Part shown: one piece after another, positions 16,405 through 25,747 of the stretch | Position numbering within the stretch: the first letter of the stretch is position 1 | Layout of the letters: each line of letters opens with the position of its first letter | DNA from: an archaeon | GTDB taxonomy: Archaea; Asgardarchaeota; Thorarchaeia; Thorarchaeales; Thorarchaeaceae | DNA: 32,000 nucleotides | Assembly: GCA_024275415.1 (NCBI GenBank) | Contig: JAJRZD010000016.1 | Span: 15,067-47,066, forward strand | Direction: 5' to 3' | Made by a program: the position numbers and the translations under genes | The notes under the pieces: model-generated | What the model was told of the DNA's origin: nothing | What the model saw: only the letters and a program-made list of their open reading frames with translations | The model's database searches: none

Positions 16405-17333
16405 CCGAGTACCATCTTGAGAATCGCCATCCTTGTCACCACCCCATTATAGACTTGGTCAAAGTACTTTGCTTGAGGCATCGAATCCACATCTGGCGAT
16501 ATCTCGTCAACCCGCGGGAGTGGGTGTAGAATGATAGCGTCATCCTTCAGCCTTTCCGCATCTTTATTGGAGATTTTGAATTTGCCGGCGACCTTGAAGT
16601 ATTCGTCTTCCCTGTAGAATCGCTCTTTCTGGATTCTTGTCTGGTACACAACATCGACATCCTCAGTTATGGCATCTTCAATATTATCAACCTGATTCAC
16701 TTGAATGCCCGCCTTTTTCATTTCCTCGATGATGGCCGGTTTCATTTTCAATGACGGTGGTGCAGCAAGGATGATACTGACATCATATTGTGAGAGTGCC
16801 ATGCCAAGTGAATGGACAGTCCGACCATACTTCAAATCACCGCACAGAGAAATTGTCAGGCCATCAATTGTTCCTTTCAGCTTTCTTATCGAATAGAAAT
16901 CAAGGAGGGCTTGAGTAGGATGTTCTTCAGCTCCGCTTCCAGCATTTATGACAGGGATTGAGGCGAACTCGGCTGCCACTCGCGCTGACCCATCTAGAGG
17001 ATGACGGATTACGATGACATCAGCATACCTCTCGACAGTGCGGATTGTATCGGCAAGTGTTTCTCCTTTCACTCCAGCACTGGTCGTCGTGACTTCTGAG
17101 AACCCGAGGATTCCCCCTCCAAGCCGTAACATTGCGCTTTCGAATGAGAGCCTTGTACGGGTCGAGGCTTCGAAGAACAAGACTGCCATAATCTTTCCGC
17201 GAAGCAAGTCACTTCTATCGATAGCAACCGTTTCCATTTTAGAAGCAGTATCTAGGATGGCATCAATTCCCTTTCGGTCAAGATCCTGAATACTAATTAG
17301 ATTCTTTACTTTTCCCACACTGTTTCGCTCCAT
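16401..17333 (-). CDS. pyrB: Aspartate carbamoyltransferase catalytic subunit
   Basis: FFEASTRTRLSF, VIRHP, INAGSGAEEHPTQ, HPLPRVDEI. Confidence 0.97.
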   Translation of the reverse strand: MERNSVGKVKNLISIQDLDRKGIDAILDTASKMETVAIDRSDLLRGKIMAVLFFEASTRTRLSFESAMLRLGGGILGFSEVTTTSAGVKGETLADTIRTVERYADVIVIRHPLDGSARVAAEFASIPVINAGSGAEEHPTQALLDFYSIRKLKGTIDGLTISLCGDLKYGRTVHSLGMALSQYDVSIILAAPPSLKMKPAIIEEMKKAGIQVNQVDNIEDAITEDVDVVYQTRIQKERFYREDEYFKVAGKFKISNKDAERLKDDAIILHPLPRVDEISPDVDSMPQAKYFDQVYNGVVTRMAILKMVLG

Positions 17334-17531
17334 AGCAGTCTGGGATTGGAGGCACCGTTGCTAGTTCTTTAAAGTTTGTCAAAAGACCAGATTTTGCAAG
17401 ACCATGATACAGAGGATTGTTGGAGCGCTGTGCCACAATGAGAGGTGTATGGTGGAGTTGGCAACAGAGCCACATCTGTGGCTGATTTATATGTGTTCAT
17501 TTGAGTACGGGATATAAGGAGAGATTTTTGC

Positions 17532-17921
17532 GTGTCACCTATGATTTTACATGGGCTTCTTTTAGGATTCACTTTTCTTTTGATAACACCAGGAGTTGCA
17601 CAAATAGCAGTAGGATCTTTTGTGCTTCTTCCCCAGAATTACAATCTCTATTGTCAAGGACATATCAGCTATTCTAATGGTGTACCAGATGAAGGAGCAA
17701 TTGTTGAACTTTATACCCAAGAGTTGGGAGAACAGAGGAATGCATCCAGCAGTGGCAAACCGTTCTTGCATGTCAGAACGCATTCTAGTTTAGTACGCTA
17801 CGATAGTTTCAGCCGTACTGGTCAGTTTCAGCTGCTGCAATATACAACATGCCGGTGGTATCTATTCCTGTGGGCTGTTGATTCCGTGTTTCCTATCAAT
17901 CTCCAGTTGGCGAACAACTAA
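17532..17921 (+). CDS. Possible small secreted protein with a transthyretin/CarboxypepD_reg-like beta domain
   Basis: AGGAG RBS, hydrophobic N-terminus, [19 protein letters not shown] pattern; overlaps the convergent dCMP deaminase 3' end by 60 nt. Confidence 0.35.
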   Translation: MSPMILHGLLLGFTFLLITPGVAQIAVGSFVLLPQNYNLYCQGHISYSNGVPDEGAIVELYTQELGEQRNASSSGKPFLHVRTHSSLVRYDSFSRTGQFQLLQYTTCRWYLFLWAVDSVFPINLQLANN

Positions 17922-18344
17922 CTCGGATTGCTCCACCAATTCCATTGCAAGTTCATCTCGATACTCCTCGATGAAAATCACTTCAGTGATGCCTGCATTA
18001 ATTATCATCTTTGTACAGATGCTGCACGCCCTTGTGGTACAGTATATCTTGGCATCCTTAACACTTACACCATGATAGGCTGCTTGAATGATGGCATTCT
18101 GCTCTGCGTGGAGACCCCTGCATAACTCATGCCGTTCTCCTGATTTCACCCCCAATCGTTCTCGTAGACATCCTCCCAGTTCATCACAGTGTGGAAGACC
18201 TTTTGGGGCACCATTGTACCCTGTTGAAAGAATCTGCCCGTCTTTGACTATAACTGCTCCCACATGGTTTCTCAAGCATGTGCTCCTAGTACTTACGAGA
18301 TCTGCTATCTCTGAGAAGTAGACATCCTTGCTCTTACGAATCAT
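17862..18344 (-). CDS. dCMP deaminase (cytidine/deoxycytidylate deaminase family)
   Basis: [33 protein letters not shown]; homologous region starts at ATG 18344, not 18662. Confidence 0.93.
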   Translation of the reverse strand: MIRKSKDVYFSEIADLVSTRSTCLRNHVGAVIVKDGQILSTGYNGAPKGLPHCDELGGCLRERLGVKSGERHELCRGLHAEQNAIIQAAYHGVSVKDAKIYCTTRACSICTKMIINAGITEVIFIEEYRDELAMELVEQSELVVRQLEIDRKHGINSPQE

Positions 18345-18489
18345 CCGTGTGTCTCTCCAAAGTCCTCGTTTCTTGGCTTTTAGGTGCTTATGAAGTTCAT
18401 GTTCTGTCAAGCTCTCTAACGGAAACATAAAAAGACAAAAGATAGAGTCAAAATCACGATACAATGTCAACCGGAGTGTCCCCGCAAGT

Positions 18490-18867
18490 ATGAAACAACG
18501 AAAAGGTGCATTGATCATATGGCCCGCATACCTCGACTCAAAATTGAGCCGTTCAGCAGGCAGGCGAATCCCAGTTAATCTTGGTGCCCCTGATGTGACT
18601 GTGGACATGCTCAAGCAAGCAGCAGACATGCGGAATCTACGGGCTGAGATTGAGCCTGGCAAGAGGTATCCACGGCAGAACGTCGATCGAGGTGGCTATT
18701 TGGTTCTTGAGAATCCCGAAGGACACAAAAAACAACGGCTTCTCTTGATGCTTGCAAAAGGAGTGCGCAAGATCGTAGCAGAGAGAATTGCGAAACAACA
18801 AGCTGCTGCCCAGAAGAAAAAATCCAAAGGGTATAGGAAAAAGAAGAACCGGAGAAAGCGGAACTAG
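18490..18867 (+). CDS. srp19: Signal recognition particle protein SRP19 with basic C-terminal tail
   Basis: [34 protein letters not shown] pattern. Confidence 0.93.
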   Translation: MKQRKGALIIWPAYLDSKLSRSAGRRIPVNLGAPDVTVDMLKQAADMRNLRAEIEPGKRYPRQNVDRGGYLVLENPEGHKKQRLLLMLAKGVRKIVAERIAKQQAAAQKKKSKGYRKKKNRRKRN

Positions 18868-18893
18868 AATCCGGATATGCGGGGATGGTGTCC

Positions 18894-19124
18894 ATGAGAC
18901 GTTTGGGAACAGTGCTGCATATCACCAAGCAAGGCGCGATAATAGTGCAGACTGACAAGACCCCTCCGATGGGTGCGAAGGTCGTTGACAAGAAAGCACA
19001 ACCAGTTGGCACTATCAGAGATGTATTCGGTCCCGTCAAACATCCCTATGTTTCCATTCGCGCTAAAGACAAGGGTGCGGCAGTGAAATTGATCGGACAA
19101 CCCGTCTATTTGTATAGCCGCTGA
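18894..19124 (+). CDS. gar1: H/ACA RNP subunit Gar1/Naf1
   Basis: LGTVLHI, VGTIRDVFGPVKHPYVSI; follows srp19. Confidence 0.9.
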   Translation: MRRLGTVLHITKQGAIIVQTDKTPPMGAKVVDKKAQPVGTIRDVFGPVKHPYVSIRAKDKGAAVKLIGQPVYLYSR

Positions 19125-19257
19125 GCGTACAATTATATACATCCGTGTATCTTTATCTCCGATAATCAACTAGAACGGATGGCACGTATCGTTTACTTTA
19201 TCTGTCACCATGTAATCTGATTCCCGTTGCCATGTGTCTAGCTCTAGCTAAGTGGTC

Positions 19258-19611
19258 ATGTCAATGAAAGAAGTTGCCAACCAAATTATGGGCGCTCTTC
19301 GCTCAGCAGGTGGGAAAGGACTTCTTATTAGTGAGATAACCACAAGTCTTGAAATTGACTTAGCAACTGCTACAAATGCAATTCATGAACTGATCAAGGA
19401 GAAACAAGTCATGGAAAAAGCCGAAGCAAACGAATCCCGGTACTTTTTGCGGGGCGCAATGGGCGAAGAGACAGAGCAGGGGACATTGGGAGACTTGAAC
19501 GGATGCCCATGTTTTCATTGCCTGAAAATTAGTCGTTGTGGAGTGCGTCAGCCAGATTCACCAGTTGCCTGTAGAAATCTGGAGGACTGGATTGTTAGAT
19601 CAGAGTCCTAA
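19258..19611 (+). CDS. TFE-beta / RPC34-like protein (winged helix + 4-Cys Fe-S domain)
   Basis: N-terminal wHTH; C-terminal CPCFHC-x5-C-x6-SPVAC-x2-LEDW matches the RPC34/C39 Fe-S pattern. Confidence 0.8.
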   Translation: MSMKEVANQIMGALRSAGGKGLLISEITTSLEIDLATATNAIHELIKEKQVMEKAEANESRYFLRGAMGEETEQGTLGDLNGCPCFHCLKISRCGVRQPDSPVACRNLEDWIVRSES

Positions 19612-19619
19612 TGACATTG

Positions 19620-20243
19620 TCATTCACTCGCTGTTCTACGAGGACCGATTGCCAGCAGATATATCTCAGCGCTCGTTTTCCGCGAAGCGTCCGGTTTGAT
19701 TAGCCTTACACTTGAAAATCGCTCTTTAGTGCGTTTCATAAACTCCTGAAAATCAGGGCCCTGGAACACCTTTGCAAGGACTTTTCCATTCGCCCCAAGG
19801 AGCCTGAATCCAATATCAAGTGTCGCTTCTGCAAGGGACAATTGTCTTGCGACATCGAGTTGCCAATTTCCCGATACTTTTGGCGAGCAATCAGATATGA
19901 CTAAATCTGCCACGCCCCTTGAAAAACGCTCGATTTCTTGTAGAGTTTCTTCTTTTGTGATGTCGCCTTGAATGAATCTTACATTCTCAATTGGCGCCAT
20001 TGGGCTCAAATCAACCGCGATTATCTCCAGATCGTGGTCTATCTCACGAAGGACTTGGGTCCACCCTCCGGGGCTACTGCATAAATCTACGACGATGCGC
20101 ACTCCCTTGAGCAGACGATGCTTCCGGGCAATCTGCTTCAACTTGAACGCGGATCTTGCACGATAACCCTGTTTCTTCGCCTCGCGATAATAGTGTTCTT
20201 TCTTCGGATCACCCTTCGGTCTGCCCAGTATGATCAACTCCAA
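19620..20243 (-). CDS. rlmE: 23S rRNA Um2552 methyltransferase RlmE/FtsJ
   Basis: YRARSAFKL, DLCSSPGGW, VISDCSP, KVFQG, KPDASR; start uncertain by a few codons. Confidence 0.93.
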   Translation of the reverse strand: MELIILGRPKGDPKKEHYYREAKKQGYRARSAFKLKQIARKHRLLKGVRIVVDLCSSPGGWTQVLREIDHDLEIIAVDLSPMAPIENVRFIQGDITKEETLQEIERFSRGVADLVISDCSPKVSGNWQLDVARQLSLAEATLDIGFRLLGANGKVLAKVFQGPDFQEFMKRTKERFSSVRLIKPDASRKTSAEIYLLAIGPRRTASE

Positions 20244-21432
20244 CTAATGTCCTAATTATTCCCACAACGTTGCTACTTGATGCGTCAGTCCTGATAGCAG
20301 TAGGTCTGAAATGTGTTCTTTCAGCCCGATACCCGTGTGCCCGCAGGGTCTGGATAACCTCCTCACGTCTTGGTGAAGGGAAGTTATACATATCGCACAG
20401 GGCATGCAGGTCGATGTAAGGATATGCTATCAACTCTCTCTCCGCATCCATCAGCTCGAGGAGTTCCCCTGCCTTCTTATGGTATATCTCAGGATTCTCA
20501 GACATGAATCCTTTTGCACCTTCAAGTATCTTATCGTTAAAGAGTTGGCCTGTCCACAGAGGACCCGCGATAGTGGGTCGTCCGTCACAGGAAACTGCCT
20601 GATGCCCGAACTGAGGACAGGTCGGTTCGCCTATCCTTGTTGAGTCAAACCCATAACACTTCCGACAGACCCTGATGAATCCGATTGAATTCCTCTGCTT
20701 GTTAGCCTTTGTCCTGTCCGCCCTTACTTTGACCCATATACGGATATAATGGTCAGTACTAAGTGCGGCAAGAGGCATAATAGCACAATCATTCATCGCA
20801 GCAAGATCATAGATTCTCCCCATGAGCAAACGTACCGCAAGCTCGTGAACGAATGGGGCTCTCATTGAAATACCACCGTATTTCCGCAAGGCTACGTTGG
20901 GGTAGACACCACACAACGCAGGCATGTCTGTAGCGGTAGCTCCGAGAAGTGCCCCTCTCGGGTTCAATGACTGTATCGCTGCGTTCAGATACGGAACAGG
21001 CGTACCAAAAGGGTCGATGTCAACGAAATCGAATCTCTTCTCTCTTGATTCGGTCAACAAGAGAACCTTAGCATCCCCACGAATGACCTTTGCGCGCCCA
21101 TCAAAACCGTTTCTTTCTATATTCCTTCTCGCTGTATCTACTGCAATCGGGTTTGCATCACATAGGATAGCTTTGAAATCTCCGAGGGTTTCATTGAGGT
21201 ATCGGAGGGTGCGTATGCCAGAACCCGCCAGAGGTTCACACATGGTTGCAACTCTTGCCTGTTTCATGTATGATGCAAGGATAGCTACTGACAGGTCTCG
21301 ATTGATTCTCATCCTAGGATTATAGAAGACAGGCATATCTGTTGTGGGCTGTTTCTTGCCTGCTGTGTAATGTGTAACATCCGCTGTCAGGAATGTGGTC
21401 TTTCCCTCGGTGTATTCCTTGAGGTCTGTCAT
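20209..21432 (-). CDS. trm1: tRNA (guanine26-N2)-dimethyltransferase
   Basis: VFYNPRMRINRD, LAGSGIR, DIDPFGTP, GPLWTG, THFRPTAIRTDA. Confidence 0.95.
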   Translation of the reverse strand: MTDLKEYTEGKTTFLTADVTHYTAGKKQPTTDMPVFYNPRMRINRDLSVAILASYMKQARVATMCEPLAGSGIRTLRYLNETLGDFKAILCDANPIAVDTARRNIERNGFDGRAKVIRGDAKVLLLTESREKRFDFVDIDPFGTPVPYLNAAIQSLNPRGALLGATATDMPALCGVYPNVALRKYGGISMRAPFVHELAVRLLMGRIYDLAAMNDCAIMPLAALSTDHYIRIWVKVRADRTKANKQRNSIGFIRVCRKCYGFDSTRIGEPTCPQFGHQAVSCDGRPTIAGPLWTGQLFNDKILEGAKGFMSENPEIYHKKAGELLELMDAERELIAYPYIDLHALCDMYNFPSPRREEVIQTLRAHGYRAERTHFRPTAIRTDASSSNVVGIIRTLVGVDHTGQTEG

Positions 21433-21547
21433 ACGAACATGCGGAACTCCTCCCTTTTCCTATTAAGGCGTTGGGCATCATCATTCTATGCCTTTCCACA
21501 AGTTCTAAGTGGATAGTTGCCACCATGCGAGTACATTGGTGATATTT

Positions 21548-22036
21548 GTGGCAACAAGAATCAAGATGGAAACTAATCGTGGGACACTCATGATTGAGTT
21601 GTTCAACGACGATGCGATTAACACGGTCAAGAACTTCGTGACGCTTGCCCAGAAGGGCTTCTATGACGGTCTGACATTCCACCGTGTCATCCCCAATTTC
21701 GTCGTGCAGGGAGGTGACCCGTCGGGAAACGGGAGTGGCGGCCCTGGTTATGCAATTCCCTGCGAAACACGCGGACACAGGCAGAAGCATGACACTGGAG
21801 CGCTATCGATGGCACACGCTGGCAGGGACACCGGCGGAAGCCAGTTCTTTATATGCCTGAGCAGAGATCAGACAAAGCACCTTGATGGGAAACATACTGT
21901 GTTTGGACAGGTGACCGAAGGCTTGGAGATATTACCGCAATTCCAATCTGGCGATAAGATGCTCAAGGTCGAGGTACTCGAGGTAGACCCAGTTATTGAG
22001 AACCATGATCTGACAACGCTCAAGTCTTGGCGATAA
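21548..22036 (+). CDS. Cyclophilin-type peptidyl-prolyl isomerase
   Basis: [46 protein letters not shown]; GTG 21548 after GGTGAT. Confidence 0.95.
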   Translation: MATRIKMETNRGTLMIELFNDDAINTVKNFVTLAQKGFYDGLTFHRVIPNFVVQGGDPSGNGSGGPGYAIPCETRGHRQKHDTGALSMAHAGRDTGGSQFFICLSRDQTKHLDGKHTVFGQVTEGLEILPQFQSGDKMLKVEVLEVDPVIENHDLTTLKSWR

Positions 22037-22150
22037 TACAATCTGATTTATTCTGTGTCCTATCCAGGACACAGCCCCATCCTTTCATCAATAGGATGTC
22101 AAAACAAAACTTCTATAATATGGATGTTTTCTCTCACAGTTTGCTTGAAA

Positions 22151-24280
22151 ATGACGGAATTACTCTTTCTATCAACTGGCTTGGTATCTGGTCTACTGTC
22201 CATCCTTGTTGCACTGATTACTTACAAGAAAGTGATGCAGGCTGACGAGGGTGACCAACGGATGCGTGAGGTCAGCCATCTCATCCAAGGTGGCGCGAAC
22301 TCGTTCATCAGGATACAATACCGGATACTCCTGACATTCACGATTGCATTGGCCGTGGTGTTTGCCCTCATATTCGGTGACCTAGGAGTGCCAATTGCGA
22401 TATCTTACATTCTTGGGTCTCTAGCGAGCATGAGCGCTGGATATATTGGGCTGGCTGTTGCAACACGGGCGAACCGACGAACCGCCGCTGCCGCAGCTGA
22501 AGGTGGACTGAATCCTGCCTTCATTGTCGCATTCAGGTCTGGCTCAGTGATGGGACTGATGATTGCGGGCATTGCCCTGCTGGGAATCTCCTCTCTCTAT
22601 CTACTATGGGCTATAATCTTTCCGGCCCTCGAAACTCCTCTTCTCTGGGAGATCATAACTGGATTCTCCTTCGGTGCAAGCACCGTGGCACTTTTTGCTA
22701 AGGCCGGTGGAGGCATCTTCACAAAGACAGCAGATATGTCGGCAGATATTGTTGGGAAGATTGAGTATCATATACCTGAGGATGACCCACGAAACCCAGC
22801 TGCAATTGCAGATGCTGTAGGTGATAATGTAGGCGATATAGCGGGAACCGGAGCAGACATCTTCGATAGCAATGTTGCAGCAATTCTTGCAGCTGCCCTC
22901 CTCGGAGCTGGCATCGATGCTCTCTTCTCTCCGCCTATCGTCTTTGCCCTCTTACCACTCCTCATTGCTGGACTCGGAACTATGGCATCTGTGGTCGGCG
23001 TGTATTTAGTCCATCCCAATGACCGTGACGATCCCGGCGTCGCACTGAACCGGGGCACATACCTCACGACGATACTCTTTGCAGTTCTTATACTGATCGT
23101 GCTTCCAGTTTTAGGCATTGACCTCTCCATCGCGCTTTCTGCAATATTTGGGCTACTGGCAGGCGTTTTCATAGGGTTCACCTCTGATGTGTTCACCAAC
23201 GATAAGGGACTGCGTGGCTTCACACCTGTTGCTAACATGGTCGAAATGGCTGAGAAAAGTGCTGCAAACCTAATCCTTTCAGGATATTCATATGGGCTGT
23301 TGAGCGCTGTCCCGTCAGTACTCGGTGTGGTCATGGCACTTATCGCCTCGTTTATCATGGGCTCATCACCCGGACTGGTAGGGCCTGGTGGTTGGGAAGG
23401 TGGTATCTATGCAGTGGCCATTGCTGCAGTGGGCCTTCTTTCTACGAACGGCATGACCATGTCTTCTGATAGCTATGGGCCTATTGTTGACAATGCACGC
23501 GGTGTCATCGAGCAGGCAGATGCATCACAAGACGCTATCGTTGCATGCGACAAGCTTGATGCAGCTGGGAACACCGCCAAAGCAATAACGAAAGGCTTTG
23601 CAATCGGTTCGGCCGCCATCTCTGTCCTTGCACTCTTTGCCGCCTTCATAGAAGCGTCCAAAGTGATCCTCGGAACGGAGCTTGTCGTTGTCGATATCGC
23701 AGACCCGTTCATCCTTGCAGGTGCTTTCATTGGGGCATTAATACCCATCACGTTTACCGCAATGCTCATACTCGGAGTGGATCGGAATTCTGGGAGGATG
23801 ATCGAGGAGATTAGACGGCAGTTCCAAGAGGATCCTGGCATTTTGGAGGGAACCTCCAAGCCTGACTATGAACGATGCATAAGCATCGCCACATCAGGAG
23901 CTATAAAGGAACTTATGCCATCAACAGTCATGGCTATTGGTGTAACGCTCATTACCGGAGTTGTCCTCGGGCTTGAGGCGCTGGGAGGCTACTTGGGCGG
24001 GGCTGTCATCGTCGGGTTCATCATGGCACTTCTGATGAGCAACTCTGGTGGCGCTTGGGACAACACCAAGAAAATGATCGAGTCCCCCGATTACGACCAT
24101 GACCACCCTCAATATGAGAAAATCCACGACAACAGTGTGTTAGGTGATATGGTTGGCGACCCATTCAAGGACACTGCCGGCCCTTCCATCAACACCCTCC
24201 TTGTGGTGATATCTCTCACAGCAACACTGTTCCTGCCTCTGATTGCACAGATGCATCAATGGTTGTGGTCCCTGTTCTGA
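22151..24280 (+). CDS. hppA: Membrane-bound cation-translocating pyrophosphatase, predicted K+-independent
   Basis: GGGIFTK, EDDPRNP, GDNVGD, DSYGPIVDNA, GNTAKAITKGF, GGAWDN, GDPFKDTAGPS; about 15-16 TMs; ATG 22151. Confidence 0.93.
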   Translation: MTELLFLSTGLVSGLLSILVALITYKKVMQADEGDQRMREVSHLIQGGANSFIRIQYRILLTFTIALAVVFALIFGDLGVPIAISYILGSLASMSAGYIGLAVATRANRRTAAAAAEGGLNPAFIVAFRSGSVMGLMIAGIALLGISSLYLLWAIIFPALETPLLWEIITGFSFGASTVALFAKAGGGIFTKTADMSADIVGKIEYHIPEDDPRNPAAIADAVGDNVGDIAGTGADIFDSNVAAILAAALLGAGIDALFSPPIVFALLPLLIAGLGTMASVVGVYLVHPNDRDDPGVALNRGTYLTTILFAVLILIVLPVLGIDLSIALSAIFGLLAGVFIGFTSDVFTNDKGLRGFTPVANMVEMAEKSAANLILSGYSYGLLSAVPSVLGVVMALIASFIMGSSPGLVGPGGWEGGIYAVAIAAVGLLSTNGMTMSSDSYGPIVDNARGVIEQADASQDAIVACDKLDAAGNTAKAITKGFAIGSAAISVLALFAAFIEASKVILGTELVVVDIADPFILAGAFIGALIPITFTAMLILGVDRNSGRMIEEIRRQFQEDPGILEGTSKPDYERCISIATSGAIKELMPSTVMAIGVTLITGVVLGLEALGGYLGGAVIVGFIMALLMSNSGGAWDNTKKMIESPDYDHDHPQYEKIHDNSVLGDMVGDPFKDTAGPSINTLLVVISLTATLFLPLIAQMHQWLWSLF

Positions 24281-24323
24281 ACAGCGGTCACAACATATAA
24301 TGGATGGTCTTGCATAGCACATA

Positions 24324-25232
24324 GTGGAGACCCAATCGATGCGCTTTGGTATCACCGCACTAGAATTTGGGCCCATGGCCCAAGACTTTATCACTGGAGG
24401 GCTGGCAGCCACTGGAGGATTCAATACAGTCGATCTCATCATGCCAATGCTTGAGAACGAACACATCTCTGTGCTTGAGTTGTCCTTTGACGTACTGCAT
24501 ATCCTCCCAGATGCCTTCTCATCTGAAGTGATTGAGCACTTGGTCGAATTAAAGGATGACAGGGGGGTTTCATATACGATTCACCTCCCTCTATGGTCGA
24601 TTGAGCTCGCAACCTTCAATGAACCCGTTCGCAAGGGCAGTGTCAAGAGCGTCGTTGATGCTATCGCAGTTGCCGAGCCTCTTGATCCGGAAGTATATGT
24701 CCTACATGCGACAGGTGCCCTTGCAACAGAGTTCTCCAGGCTGACGTTCTCTCCCGACGTCGTCAATACGATATGCACCTTGATGTCTGGCTTTTCAGCT
24801 GCAAGTGTAGAAGAGATACTTGTACAGTCGGAGATAGACCCTCGGCGACTCGCTATCGAGAATGTGGAGTTCCCATTCGACATAACAAAAGAGGTAATCG
24901 AAGAGTATGATACCGGTATCTGCTTCGACACAGGTCATCTTGTGGCGCAGATGTGCGGTGAGGAATCAGCTACCGAGTTCTACCACAAGCATAAGGATCG
25001 TATCATTGAGTTACATCTCCACGATGCCAGCACGACACGAACCAATGTCGGGTCTGGATACGTTGACCATAGGCCTCTTGGCACACAACAACTACCGGTC
25101 AGGGACTTGCTAATGGAACTCATTAATGATGGCTTCAGCGGTCCCATCATTTTTGAACTCACGGCGAGTGAGACACGCCAATCTTTGGAACACATCAAGA
25201 AGGTAGTACCCGAGGCACTGTCGGGTCAATGA
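24324..25232 (+). CDS. AP-endonuclease-2/sugar-phosphate-isomerase TIM-barrel protein (possibly CbiR-like)
   Basis: ELS, YTIHLPL, VLH, IENV, CFDTGH, LHLHD, DH, IFE metal-ligand pattern. Confidence 0.8.
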   Translation: METQSMRFGITALEFGPMAQDFITGGLAATGGFNTVDLIMPMLENEHISVLELSFDVLHILPDAFSSEVIEHLVELKDDRGVSYTIHLPLWSIELATFNEPVRKGSVKSVVDAIAVAEPLDPEVYVLHATGALATEFSRLTFSPDVVNTICTLMSGFSAASVEEILVQSEIDPRRLAIENVEFPFDITKEVIEEYDTGICFDTGHLVAQMCGEESATEFYHKHKDRIIELHLHDASTTRTNVGSGYVDHRPLGTQQLPVRDLLMELINDGFSGPIIFELTASETRQSLEHIKKVVPEALSGQ

Positions 25233-25337
25233 CTGCATCACAGAAATCGGATCAGATAGCCTCTTCGCAAGCTTGATGGCATACCGGATACCGTGTTTTT
25301 ATCTCACCGATATCTTATGCTGGGCATCTTCGCAACC

Positions 25338-25344
25338 TTTTTAT
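25338..25344 (+). promoter_or_regulatory. Putative TATA box of tRNA-Ile
   Basis: TTTTTAT preceded by CGCAA, about 41 nt upstream of the tRNA. Confidence 0.4.
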
Positions 25345-25384
25345 CGTCTTCACGTGCAAGTCGATTCCGCGAACACATGCCTTT

Positions 25385-25492
25385 GGGCCCGTGGCATAGA
25401 CTGGTTATTGCGCCGCTCTGATAAGGCGGATGTCGCGTGTTCAAATGATACCGTGTCTTCTACGGCATCTGAGAGTCACGTCGGGCCCACCA
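25385..25492 (+). tRNA. tRNA-Ile(GAT) with a 30-nt intron in the T-loop (25446-25475, position 59/60); CCA encoded
   Basis: Acceptor GGGCCCG/CGGGCCC, A73, CCA; anticodon arm CCGCT-CTGATAA-GGCGG; strict BHB restores T-loop TTCAAAT; T-run follows. Confidence 0.93.
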
Positions 25493-25747
25493 TGTCCTTT
25501 TTTCAAAATGATCCTGAAAGATTACCGAGAATCTCGGTACAAATTGCCTTGACAATGAATGCAGAATCGGTCGAAGCAGCCAAAAATGATGAAGGGAGTT
25601 AAAGAACTGTAACACTATCACCACAACAAGAAATCAGATCATCAATCGTTGTTCGTGAATACGCTGAGAAGGAATTTGATGGGGATGAAAAAGATGGATG
25701 GGCAGAGCGGAAAGCTCGGCCCGACGAGCCTATCAAGCACACCAGAC

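Noticed and set aside
18345-18662. 105-aa N-terminal extension of dCMP deaminase in the ORF track
   Set aside because: It overlaps srp19 on the opposite strand and the intergenic promoter region; the homologous domain starts at 18344
25445-25472. C/D-box guide RNA inside the tRNA-Ile intron (ATGATAC ... CTGA)
   Set aside because: Box C matches only 5 of 7, CTGA is part of the BHB central helix, and 30 nt is too short for a C/D sRNA
25273-25602. 109-aa ORF
   Set aside because: It spans tRNA-Ile entirely; spurious
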